Below are positions 25,599 to 36,628 of a stretch of DNA of 64,000 nucleotides, piece by piece. The stretch spans positions 10,664,001-10,728,000 of the forward strand of contig NC_042997.1 in the NCBI RefSeq assembly GCF_006345805.1, in the 5' to 3' direction. Every line of letters begins with the position of its first letter. The stretch's first letter is position 1. Source of the stretch: Octopus sinensis. Lineage: Eukaryota. The notes under the pieces were generated by a model that worked only from the letters and a program-made list of their open reading frames with translations, ran no database searches and was not told where the DNA came from. Both the position numbers and the translations under genes were made by a program.

Positions 25599-26657
25599 GG
25601 TGGTGGTGGTGGTGTGGTTATCTCGGGGGAGGCCCCGACTAGATAAATCTATGATCAAATGAATTCTAACTACGACCAGTCAGTCGCATTTTTTCTTTGT
25701 TTTGTTTTTCCAACCGACTGTATTCGCCAATGTTATCTACTTTTCTTAAAGACACTTAGATGTAATATCAGAGAAATTCGGCTGTTATTTTTGGCATTTT
25801 CACCGAAAAGTTAAAGATGATTACTGAGAATACCCAAGATGATTTCTAGTTTTCTGAACTTGTGTCTAAGCATGACCAGCTTTCCTCTTTATCCAACCAA
25901 GGTTAATGAACGTTAATGGTATATGAGCGCAAAAACAAGTGCACTAGAAAATGGACGTTGTATTTTTTTATGCAACTATTACAATTTCACAAACTGCTGT
26001 CTTCTGGTAAGAAAAAAAATAACTGTCTCTAGCGACTTATAGAAGTTAAGTTAATCCTTTCTCGAATATCTTGTATTCACCGGTCTATTGATGAAATTTA
26101 CTTCTCCATGAATTGAGATATATGATGTATGACTTTTGGATAGTGTGTCTGCAAATCAACAGCCGGATAGATTTCCAGAAGATTTAATAACAACTCGGTT
26201 GGTATACTGAGACTTATAAGATGTGAAGTTACGCATCGGAATTCCCACAATATATATGAATAAAGTCATGAGCTTGCTCTATAATGAAACATCAAGTCGA
26301 ATTTTACCTTTCTTTCTCTCTCTCTCTCTCTCCCTATCTCCCTCCCTTTCTCTCCCTCTCCCTCTCTCTTTCTCTATCTCTCTATCTATCTTTCTCTCTC
26401 TCTCTCTCTTTCTCTTACTCTTTCTATACGTATGTGCATATATGTATATCTATTTGTGGTTTTTAAAGTCAGGGTTTTGACTGCTATTTCGGCATGGTGG
26501 TGTCTCTCAGACACCCTTATTTTTAGTTGTAAAAAATTACCTTTGTACGGTATTTTTCCCATGCTGGCCACTTGATAATATCGATATTTAAATATCGATA
26601 TTATCCATATTTATAAATTTATATTTACCTATATCTATATTCTCTTTCTTTTTATTC

Positions 26658-27043
26658 TCTTTTACTTATTTCGGTCATTTGACTGCTGCTATGCTGGAGC
26701 ACTGCCTTTAGTCGAGCAAATCGACTCCAGGACTTATTCTTTGGAAGCCTAGTATTTATTCTATCGCCAAGTTACGGGGATGTGAACATACCACCATTGG
26801 CTGTCAAGCGATGTTGGGGGGGACAAACACAGACACACAGACATACACACACATACATACATACATATATATATATACATATATACGACGGGTTTCTTTC
26901 AGTTTCTGTCTGCCAAATCCACTCATAAGGCTTTGGTCGGCCCGAGGCTACAGTAGAAGAAACTTGCCGAAAAAGCCACGCAGTGGGTATGAACCAGGAA
27001 CCATGTGGCTGGTAAGCAAGCTACTTACCACATAGCCACTCCT
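26658..27043 (-). mobile_element. tRNA-derived SINE (family A)
   Basis: Homologous to 12627-13043. Confidence 0.87.
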
Positions 27044-27066
27044 TATATATATATTTCAAAATCAAC

Positions 27067-27104
<38 letters not shown>

Positions 27105-27354
27105 TATATATATTTCAAAACCAACATATATATATACGTACACACACTAATACACATATACACCTCACACTTACAGTTTTCTTGCGCACAGTACGATTAC
27201 GCATACCAACCACCCACACCCCGACTATCCCACATCATTACACTTCCATATGTGCATCCCTTTAGACACATACACGTCCCTCTTATGCTATCTCAATACG
27301 TGGGTGTACTCCTATACACTTGTACACACGCACGCACACACGCACACACACACA

Positions 27355-27398
<44 letters not shown>

Positions 27399-27516
27399 CC
27401 TCCTATCTTAATTCCCTCCACAGAACCTCTTCTCACCTGGCCCCTAACGCCTAGCTCGTTTTTCCTCCAACTAATTTTTCTCTTTTCGCCTTGTCCTTTA
27501 CTTTCCCGCTATACGC

Positions 27517-27554
27517 TTCTTCTGCTGAAGGACCCGAATCAGAAACGTCAAGGG
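27517..27554 (+). ncRNA. Degenerate hammerhead-like motif (A6C core, weak stem II)
   Basis: TTCTT-CTGCTGA-A-GGAcccgaaTC-A-GAAA-CG-TC-AAGGG; stem I has 3 WC plus 2 G-U pairs. Confidence 0.35.
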
Positions 27555-27881
27555 CCTTTCCATTTTTTTAAAGCTTTAAGCTGAAACACAAAACTTTTCA
27601 AATTTCTCCTCCTATGTTGTTTTCTTTCATTATAGCATTTATCACTATTTTTATGTATTCTCATGCATATAGTTCATAATGCTTGTGTATGTGTGTGTGA
27701 GCGTGAGTCTGTGTGTGAGCAAAGATCATGGTCACAAATCCCTCCCCAGAACAAAGCCAATAAACAATAATCCTTTTTAGTTTCATCGCCAAACAAATAT
27801 TCTGTGCATTTGTCTTTTCTGACTTGCTTTGCTCCAGCGACTCCAACAATGAGTTGAGCACCCAAGACCAGATACATATAC

Positions 27882-27929
<48 letters not shown>

Positions 27930-27937
<8 letters not shown>

Positions 27938-28059
27938 ATATGTTACAATTATTCAATAGTCAAGATAAAACTCCACAACACCATCTCTTCGGTTATCTTC
28001 GGCATCTGAAAGTCAGAGTTTTATTTTGACTATTGAATAATTGTAACATATTATTTTAT
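27930..28059. repeat. Inverted repeat, 44-bp arms with one mismatch and 42-bp spacer
   Basis: aaaataatatgttacaattattcaatagtcaagataaaactc versus gagttttattttgactattgaataattgtaacatattatttt. Confidence 0.92.
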
Positions 28060-28262
28060 CGATAAATTTCCTCTATTTACATAATATTGAGGTCTCTTTC
28101 TTTCTTTTGTTATCTTACCGTTTTTACCAATATATATATAAGATATATATATAACACATACACACATATGTGTATGTATGTATGATGTATGTATGTATGT
28201 ATGTATGTATGTATGTACGTACGTACGCATCTATGTACGTACGTAAGTATGTATGCATGAAT

Positions 28263-28822
28263 ATGTGCAGATACGTATGTTTTCCTTTATATGTATTCTC
28301 GTGCATATAGTTGCATATCTAGACATGCTCATATACATCTAAATGATAAACTTCAGGAAAGTTTTACAGATTTTTACATAATTTGTAGTCTTCAAATTAT
28401 CTTTCTCCTTTCTGGTTTTGAGAAGCCTAATTTCTCAAGACTAGTATTTAGACAGTGTGTTGTATATCCCAGGGACTGAATAATTATAGATGTAAACCTG
28501 AACTTGTGATCTGGATAGAGTAACTGCAGATTTCTCAATAGTTCAGCGTAGGTATTCTCTTTTTCACTGATCGTCAGCTCTATGTTAACATCCGCTGGGC
28601 AGCTAATTTCCACAACTGTGCACAGTTCTCTTCTCTATCCCAAATCATTATATCAGATCTGTTGTGCTTACATTTTATTGAGGTCTTCCCTGAGACATTC
28701 CACCAGTACTCCGTTTTATTATGAATGGCTATGGCTTCCACCATACTGTAGGTTTTTATTTCTTTGTCCTTGAGATTATCCTTCCGGCGGATTTCATTAT
28801 AGAGTGTTCTAGCTATAGCACC
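28263..28822 (-). mobile_element. 3' fragment of an RLE-type non-LTR retrotransposon (R4/NeSL-like), frameshifted
   Basis: KHNRSDIMIWDRE / VEISCPADVNI..ISEKENTYAEL / IIIQSLGY matches the restriction-like endonuclease (PD-D/ExK type) domain; (TATG)n on both sides. Confidence 0.8.
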
Positions 28823-30111
28823 ATGTGTGTATGTATGTATGTAGTATGTATGTATGTATGTATGTATGTATGTATGTATGTGTGTGTGTGTGTATGTAGG
28901 TATGTATGTATGTATGTATGTATGCATGCATGCATGCATGCATGTATGTATGTATGTATGTATGTATGTATGTATGTATGTATGTATGTATGTATGTATG
29001 TATGTGTATACATAAACAGCTTTTCAACCTAAAGGATAACAAGAGACATTGTGAACTTCGAAAACATTGCTCCGAAAGTAAACAACAACGAATTGCTTTA
29101 TTTATGTTTCGTTTGTTTTGCTTTTGGCTTATTATGTGCATGTTTTGGTGTTTTTGTTTTTGTCCTTTTTTTTCTTTTGCTTTGTATTGTTTTGCTCTAA
29201 ATTTTATAGCAAACGATCTTCTTTCATAAAATAATATAGAATCAATCTCCAAAAACCATCAAGAAACAATCTGTTCTCTCTTATATCTTTGCACAATTAT
29301 TATTTTATGTTGTTTTGCTGTTGTTGAGGCTGTTCGTTAGATGCATATCAATTCTCATTGGATCCATCAGATCAAGATCCTTGATTCTACATAGAACTAT
29401 CTTGTCTTTTTATTCAGACGTAGATTATCTATGACTACAATTCACCAATGTGCCTTTTTCCGTTGTTAAGATATTTGTGTGTATGTGTGTATGTATATAT
29501 AAATATATGTGTGTGTATGTTGTTAAGATGACAGGATGCGATTTGAAGGATATTTGGCAGTTATTTTTAGCGTGTTGAGCCAACACGTACTGGATCCTTC
29601 ATTGACTCATTTCATACGCACGTTAGACGTATAGTGTGTACTTCAGTTTCCTAAATCGGTAAATTGCTAACATATTGGACGTTTTACCCACTTAAGTATT
29701 CTAAGTTCTCGACTTTCCTGTTACCAGGATTGCAGAAAACTTTGTTTCCTTTAACGATTAGCTATAATCCAATAAACTATAATTCCAAAACCTATATCCG
29801 AACATGGAACTGTCCGTCATTAGTTGTACGGCAAAGAAAGGATTCTTAAATTTAATTATGAAAATCATTATTATATTTAACAGAGAATATAAAGGTTTTT
29901 CGTTTTTCGTTTTTTTTTATCTGTCTGATTTTTTTATCAATTTGTTGTGAGTAAAGGCAGACTAAGCAAAAAAAAATGACACTTCTTTGTGTTGACCTTT
30001 CAACCAGAACCAAATCATAAATATCGATTGTTAATTCGTAGTCTTTGTATGCATGCGTGTGCCTCTGTCTGCAGAAACGTGTGTGGGGGTGTTTATGTGT
30101 GTGTGTGTGTG

Positions 30112-30162
<51 letters not shown>

Positions 30163-30663
30163 AACGTGTGACGGTGCCTGTATGTGTATGATGAAGATGA
30201 TACACGAACAACAGAACAGAGAACTGATAGTTGATGTATATTCACATATTGATAACGTCTCCATAAGTTAGGCCACTAGTTTTGTATGTGAGAAATGCAA
30301 TATTCTACGATGGTGGTATGTTTCAAATATTATATGCTTCTCTTTTCTTATTTTTATTCTAGTGTGAAAGAATTCTATCTTGGCATTGTAGAACACCAAA
30401 GTACTCATCAATTTTCAATTAGGCACTAGACACAATCCTACATTATCTCGCACACCACACTCTCTCTCTATTTCTCTCTTTTTCTCTATCTCTCCTTATA
30501 TATCTCTCTCTAACCTTTTGTTTCCTTCCCTCGTTGCCTCTGTCTTTTCTGACTTGCACTGCTGCCAGATAAGTGGAAAAGATGTTATGGTGCGTTATCC
30601 AGAACTCAGTCAATAACCTGATACTACATTTCAACAAACAGGCCGACATTTTATGCACTCAAC

Positions 30664-30733
<70 letters not shown>

Positions 30734-31023
30734 GTGTGTGTGTTTATGTACATATAAGTATATGTATGTCCATGTATATATGTGCTTCTTTGAACAAGAA
30801 AAAAATAAAATATCCAGAAACATCACAGCTATAACCACAGTGAGTCATCCCAAGAAATTGTCCATGTGGAAATAACTGGGTTTTTAGCATATTCATTCTG
30901 AATCATCCATGCGCGCACACACACACACACGCATCTATATATGTGTATGTGTGTGTGCATGTGTGTGGGGGTATTCATATATATATTTATATATTCATAT
31001 ATATTCATATATGTACATACATT

Positions 31024-31055
<32 letters not shown>

Positions 31056-31291
31056 CATACATATACACACACACGTACATACATACATACATACATACAT
31101 ACATACATACATACATACATACATACATACATACATACATACATACATACATGCATACATACATGCACAGAGTCGGCTACGAAACATTAAGCTCACCATA
31201 ATGCGTATCAAAAATTGTGTGTCAATGTATGTGTGTGTGTGTGAATATGTGTGTGTGTATGTATACGACACACTCACACACGCACACGCAC

Positions 31292-31327
<36 letters not shown>

Positions 31328-31385
31328 TATATACATATATACGTACATGTATGTATGTATGTGTATATATATGCAGACACATATA

Positions 31386-31457
<72 letters not shown>

Positions 31458-32939
31458 TATATGTGTCTGCATATATATATATATATATATATATTTGTAT
31501 ATATTTATTGTACATACATAGCATACAGATTTACATATATGAATGCATTTATGTTTGTCTATTCATATACTTATAATGTCGACTGCCAAAGTTTATTCTA
31601 AGTTTATTTTAATACATATTTAAACATTCATATATAATGGATGACTCAGAATAGTGTATATGTGTGTATATATGTGTATGTGTGTACATGTGTGTATGTA
31701 CATGTCTGTTGAATATCCGAGTGTGTTTTAAATTCATAATCTAAAATGTCACACAAGCGCTACGAGAGGTTTCCTGCTAAAGATTGTAACAAAAACTATC
31801 ATTCACCCTCTACGACTTACAAAATGTTATAATATACACTTTCCTGTCCTCGCGAGTTTGTTTTACATATTTCTCTTAAATAATTATTCATTAATGACTG
31901 TATCGTTTTGCTATTCTTAAAGTACTATTTATGTTGTACCAGCAATGCAAAATTAATTCTTGTTTCTTTATTGGATAGCTTATATTTGTGCCTATGTATA
32001 GCATCTCTTAAGTTATATACTGATGAACAATACTCTTTCTTAAAACCCTGTAGTTATGTCCACCTTAGTTTGTATTTTCACTTTTATGACGTGACATGGC
32101 ACTTCTTCCACTAATACATCTATTATGTGTCATTTATTTAGCTAGTTTTAGTTTTCTATTTTTAGAATGCAATTACAATTAAACTCTGTTATTGTCTACT
32201 TAACAGCAATTGCTTAATGAAGAGTATTATTTATTCCGCTAAACACATAACAGCAAAAACGAAGGTCGCACAAGACTTATTTAAGCCTGCTACATGCAAT
32301 ACTCCTACTGCTTCCTCAGAAAACAAGAATACAATGTTTTATCAAAAGAGAACGGCGAAAATAATACAGCAATAAAATTACTAATACCAAAATTCCTAAA
32401 TTTATAGATTCTAAGGATCGTTTTCTTTAATCAGTAGAAAACTACAATATTTTGGCACAAGCTCAAGAAAAAAAATTGAATAATTAATCTCGAAATGTAG
32501 ACTCATCACGAGTGTCAATACAAAACAGCTACCAAACTACATGAAACAATAACTGCAGAGTATTTCCTCAAAGTAGAGCGAGCAGTTCATCCCAATAGTC
32601 ATTCCAAAACGTGATTATTGGGATGTAAATATTGTCTTATCTTTATAACAAGTGCATTTAGCTATTTACAATTAAAACTATTCTTTCATTGTATGTATGT
32701 GCACAAGTGTGTGAGTATGTGCTTGAGTCTGTGTGTGCGTTTATATAGTACTTCGTTAAATGAAAATGCCGATACATTGAACAAATAAACACTTTTGATT
32801 TTCTTTTTAATGTCCTGTATATATCAACGTTTTTATTAGAAATTCACATTCTTCGTTAAATACTATGTTGATCCTGGAAAATTTGATTTCATACACATAT
32901 ATATATACACATACAGGCACACACACACACAGATACATG

Positions 32940-33070
32940 CATCCCTCTCTTTATACTGTATGGATGGTGGGAATTGAAGTTGAGGTATCGTCCAATAGAG
33001 GTCATCTTTCGGTATAAGGTGTCCTGAATCCATACTTGGTACGTGTTATTAATACGCCCAGGAGTAATAC
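32940..33070 (-). pseudogene. Penelope-like RT thumb fragment, inverted relative to the adjacent endonuclease
   Basis: LGVLITRTKYGFRT then frameshift to YRKMTSIGRYLNFNSHHPYSIKRG, matching the PLE FLD...YRKPT....YL...SHHP region. Confidence 0.8.
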
Positions 33071-33075
33071 AACAC

Positions 33076-33425
33076 TTAAAACCACCAATAGAAGAGAATA
33101 TGACCAAAAACTGCGTGTACTCCATCCCATGCAGCTGGGTAGATTATACAAAGGCAAAACATGCCGCCCCCTCAAAATAAGTGTAGAGGAACATCGCAAA
33201 GCTGTGACACGAGGAGATAATAAATCGGGTATAGCTGATCATGTATGGAAAAATGGGGACCACCTACCCCAGTAGGATGAAGTTAAAATAATAAACAGAG
33301 AACACCACTAGAAAATACGAAAACTAAAAGAAGCAGCACATATGCAAGGACACAACAACCTCCTAAGCAGACCGAGTGCAAATATGAATAGCATATGGGA
33401 ACCGGTATTAAGGAAGGATAGGAAA
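33076..33425 (+). pseudogene. Penelope-like GIY-YIG endonuclease remnant
   Basis: KPPIEENMTKNCVYSIPCS, frameshift, GRLYKGKTCRPLKISVEEHRKAV...SGIADHVW...DEVKII...RKLKEAAHM...N..WEP with in-frame stops. Confidence 0.85.
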
Positions 33426-33466
33426 ATTAGATTTATAAGCCCTAAAATTTACTCCATAATTGCATA

Positions 33467-33525
33467 TGGCGTAGGGGTTAAGAGCGCGGGCTACTAACCC
33501 CAAGATTCCGAATTCGATTCCAGGC
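33467..33525 (+). promoter_or_regulatory. tRNA-like Pol III internal promoter (A box and B box) in the PLE 3' region
   Basis: tggcgtagggg (A-box-like, 33467-33477), GGG-CTACTAA-CCC anticodon-like arm, aattcgattcc (B-box-like, 33511-33521). Confidence 0.65.
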
Positions 33526-33585
33526 AGTCACCTGAATAGAAATAATAATAACATCGAAAATAACACAGGTTCGAAATTTCCCCAA

Positions 33586-33631
33586 GACACCTGATGAAGT
33601 TGGGAGGGTATATCAGCCGAAACGTTGTGTT
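33586..33631 (+). ncRNA. Type I minimal hammerhead motif in PLE pLTR
   Basis: GACAC-CTGATGA-A-gttgggagggtatatcagcc-GAAA-CG-TT-GTGTT; stem I 5 bp (one G-U), palindromic AACGTT stem III; stem II poorly paired in this copy. Confidence 0.6.
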
Positions 33632-33713
33632 AACAACAAACAAGATGAGGACAAATATCCGTCAAATATAAAAAATATACATAATTCCTCATCTCTTAAA
33701 TATAACACTATAT

Positions 33714-33935
33714 ATTTGTAATTATAGGGGCCCTGGGATATGTAACACACTAACTAAATACCAATTTTGAGAAATTAGGCTTCTCAAAACCAGGAAGGAG
33801 AAAGCTAATTCGAAGGCTACAGATCTAATCCATCATTGGAACTTTCCAGAAGTTTATCATTTAAATAGATATGAGCATGTCTAAATATGTAACTCTATGC
33901 ATGAGAATACAAATAAAACATACAAATCTGCACAT
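33714..33935 (+). mobile_element. 3' end of RLE-type LINE, same family as 28263-28822
   Basis: IIGALGYVTH.LNTNFEKLGFSKPGRRKLIRRLQI and shared 3' UTR; ends AATAAA then (CATA)n. Confidence 0.8.
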
Positions 33936-33948
33936 ACATACATACATA

Positions 33949-34051
33949 TCCTGTTATTGATGTTAAATTTCCAAGTAAGGAACCTTGGATCAAGGTTAGA
34001 GACTGGTTCTTTCTCTATTGGCAAGAATTCTTGAAATAAACTGAATAATGA
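33949..34051 (+). mobile_element. Short probable retroelement 3' end with AATAAA and (CATA)n tail
   Basis: Unique 100-bp block between two CATA tracts ending gaaataaactgaataatga-(CATA)n. Confidence 0.4.
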
Positions 34052-34214
34052 CATACATACATACAGTCATACATACATACATACATACATACATACATAC
34101 ATACAAACATACATACATACATACATACATACATACATACATGCATGCATGCATACATGCATACACACATACATACATACATACATACATACATACATAC
34201 ATACATACATACAT

Positions 34215-34670
34215 GGTGGCGGCTGCCCCCTCGTTATCGAGTATGGCCATTGCACGAAGCTTAATCAATGTTGTTATCGTGCAATGCCTGTGCAAGAAGA
34301 TTTTTTTTAAGTGAGGAAAGGCTGTGCACTGAGTCAATCCCACTCACTAAGCAACAGCAGTCATAATCCGAAAAGAAGAACAAGTCAACATCATCGGTAA
34401 CCACTAGGCCAGAGGTTTTATGTCGGAGTTATCCCAGTTACCTGAGTTACCTTCTCCTAGAGGTAGGCCCTAACAAAGGCTAGGAGTCCTTCACTCCCAA
34501 TGGTTCAACCGCGCGGTCAGGTATTCAGTCCGATTATTTCTATGTCCCCGCGCATGATACATCCTTAAGACATTTATTGAATGGCCGTTGACTCTCAAGA
34601 GTTCCTCCGCCCTTTGACGGATTTTGTTTTTCATCCCGCAGGGTGTCCAATAAACGCCCTCCTCACCAAG
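34215..34670. mobile_element. About 455-bp probable RTE-related non-autonomous element inside (CATA)n
   Basis: Flanked by (CATA)n on both sides; contains gagttaccttctcctag, reverse of an RTE 5' UTR-like motif; orientation uncertain. Confidence 0.45.
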
Positions 34671-34849
34671 CATACATACATACATACATACATACATACA
34701 TACATACATACATACATACATACATACACATTTATTCCGGTTACAAATTGTTTTGCGGTTCGAGTTTCAGGCCACTGCCGCCTTCAGATCATTGAAAATT
34801 GCATCGGCTTAAAACTGTCCTTCACAGCTTATTTGAGGACACCATAGCC

Positions 34850-35630
34850 TATTCGAGTAAGGAGATTTTTTTCATCCGGACACATTTGGGTGACGATGGT
34901 TTATCTGCTATTTCTCGAAGGAAATTCTTGCGGGTACTGTTTGAATGTCATGGGGGTCTTGTTCTTATTTACTTCATTTCGTAAAAACAACTTGCGTCGC
35001 AATTTTCTTACGTGATATGAGCTCAGTTCTTTTAGGAGGCCTACAACACGGTGGCCTAATCTTAGCCGACTTGTGAACTTTGTGCCGACATCGTTTTAAG
35101 AATGTTGAGGCAATATTTTGTAGTATTGCGGCAGCGTTGGCAAAAGTAGACTTTGAGCTTTATGAGGCGATTCCAATAACCAATATCTGTGATACTGCTT
35201 TTATTTATATATTTTTTGCGATTGACGTCTGAGGTGCTTCTATTCTCAGACTGCTCTGGTTTGTATTGGATACCTCAGTGGCCATCAGTATTCAAGTTGA
35301 GACCTAGCCAAAGTAGAAAAGAACAGGGTAACGATATCAGTATCTTTGGATTGGAAAGTTCTTAGCCTTCATAAGGACATTTCCCTCGTTTAACAGCATG
35401 TTTTCTCCTCGCCCATTCAATCACAACGCAGAGATCAGATGAGAGTCCGGTCATATATGCTCATGATGACTTTCTAGAGATTAGAGTCATCTGCAAAGTT
35501 TTTATTATTTGGATCTGTTTGGTGGCATTTGCAATGTTATCTATGTAAATAATATACAGAAGTGAGTCCAACAAAATACCCAAGGATATACCACTAATGT
35601 CTTTTAATAGTCTTGAGTAAAGCCAGTCGT
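34850..35630 (-). pseudogene. Highly degenerate CR1/L2-type LINE RT C-terminal fragment
   Basis: Minus translations ISGISLGILLDSLLYIIYIDNI, FADDSNL, ENMLLNEGK, FQSKD...LFFSTLARSQLEY, GYWNRLIKLKVYFCQRCR, FLREIADKP in the expected CR1 order. Confidence 0.68.
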
Positions 35631-35695
35631 ATATATGTGTGTACGTGTGTGGGGGGGGGGGGTACATGTTGTGTGTGTGTGGTGTGCGGTGTGTG

Positions 35696-35730
<35 letters not shown>

Positions 35731-35942
35731 TGTGTGTGTGTGTGTGTGTGTGTGTTGAAATAATAAGTACTGGAGTTGATTCATTGGAATAATAAATCCT
35801 CAAGGTGGTACCCCAGCATGGTCGCAATCTAATGACACAAACAAGTAAAAGATGTATATATATATACATTTTAAAAATGTAACCACATGTGAATCGTTGG
35901 CGATTTTCTTCCTCCGTCTTCCTTTCTATTGGACTTTCCTCT

Positions 35943-35977
35943 GTTTCTAACGAAAAGCGTTGCTCGAAACGTTAAAC
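35943..35977 (+). ncRNA. Degenerate minimal hammerhead motif (G5A, probably inactive)
   Basis: GTTT-CTAACGA-A-AAGC gtt GCTC-GAAA-CG-TT-AAAC. Confidence 0.5.
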
Positions 35978-36302
35978 CATATTTCTTTCCTTTCCTGAGC
36001 GTCTGCTAATACTTTACATGTACCACGTCCTCGTGTTGTTTTTTCGTGTTCTTTTTTTTTGGGGGGGGGGGGATTTACTATACATACACATATATATATA
36101 TAATTTTCTCCCCGAGAACAAACTGCAGATTTTTTTCTGTAGTAGTTTACTTGAAGACACACGCGGACGGGCGGGGGAAGCTAAGCGAACCTCATTCATA
36201 TTTTGAATTCGGCGGTACTAACACTGAATATGATCTGTCCAATACCGTTAGGTGGAGAGATATATTCAACTATTCTAGTACCCTCGAATTATTGTGGAAT
36301 TG

Positions 36303-36384
36303 CCATGCTGACGAAGAAAATGGTTAGTAAAGTATAATTTTATATTCTTTATGCAAAACCTAATTCAGAAACGCGCGTCCATGG
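36303..36384 (+). ncRNA. Type I hammerhead ribozyme motif with canonical core and long stem II
   Basis: CCATG-CTGACGA-A-[GAA..GGTT..GTAAAG TATA attt TATA..CTTTAT..AACC..TTC]-A-GAAA-CGCGCG-TC-CATGG; perfect 5-bp stem I, GUC triplet at 36377-36379. Confidence 0.75.
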
Positions 36385-36561
36385 ATGACCAGATATTGAT
36401 TGATTTTCGCTGCTTTACTCTCTGCTGTGTGAATTGTCTTCAAGTATTTTGGTTTCTCTAGGAGTCCCTTTTTAAAGTACAAGAAATAGCTAAAATTTTT
36501 GGCTGCTATTTCTAAACTTCGGTATGTGGTGAAGCAATTATTTGCTGAACCCTTTTATTAA

Positions 36562-36628
<67 letters not shown>

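Noticed and set aside
27811-30557. Shared 17-mer tgtcttttctgacttgc at 27811 and 30541, each followed by ..ccag like a splice acceptor
   Set aside because: One 17-mer match is not improbable in 64 kb of AT-rich DNA, and no homologous exon follows.
34750-34792. Hammerhead-like ctgaagg...gaaactcga on the minus strand
   Set aside because: Core does not fit CUGANGA, there is no GUH triplet in register and no stem I complementarity.
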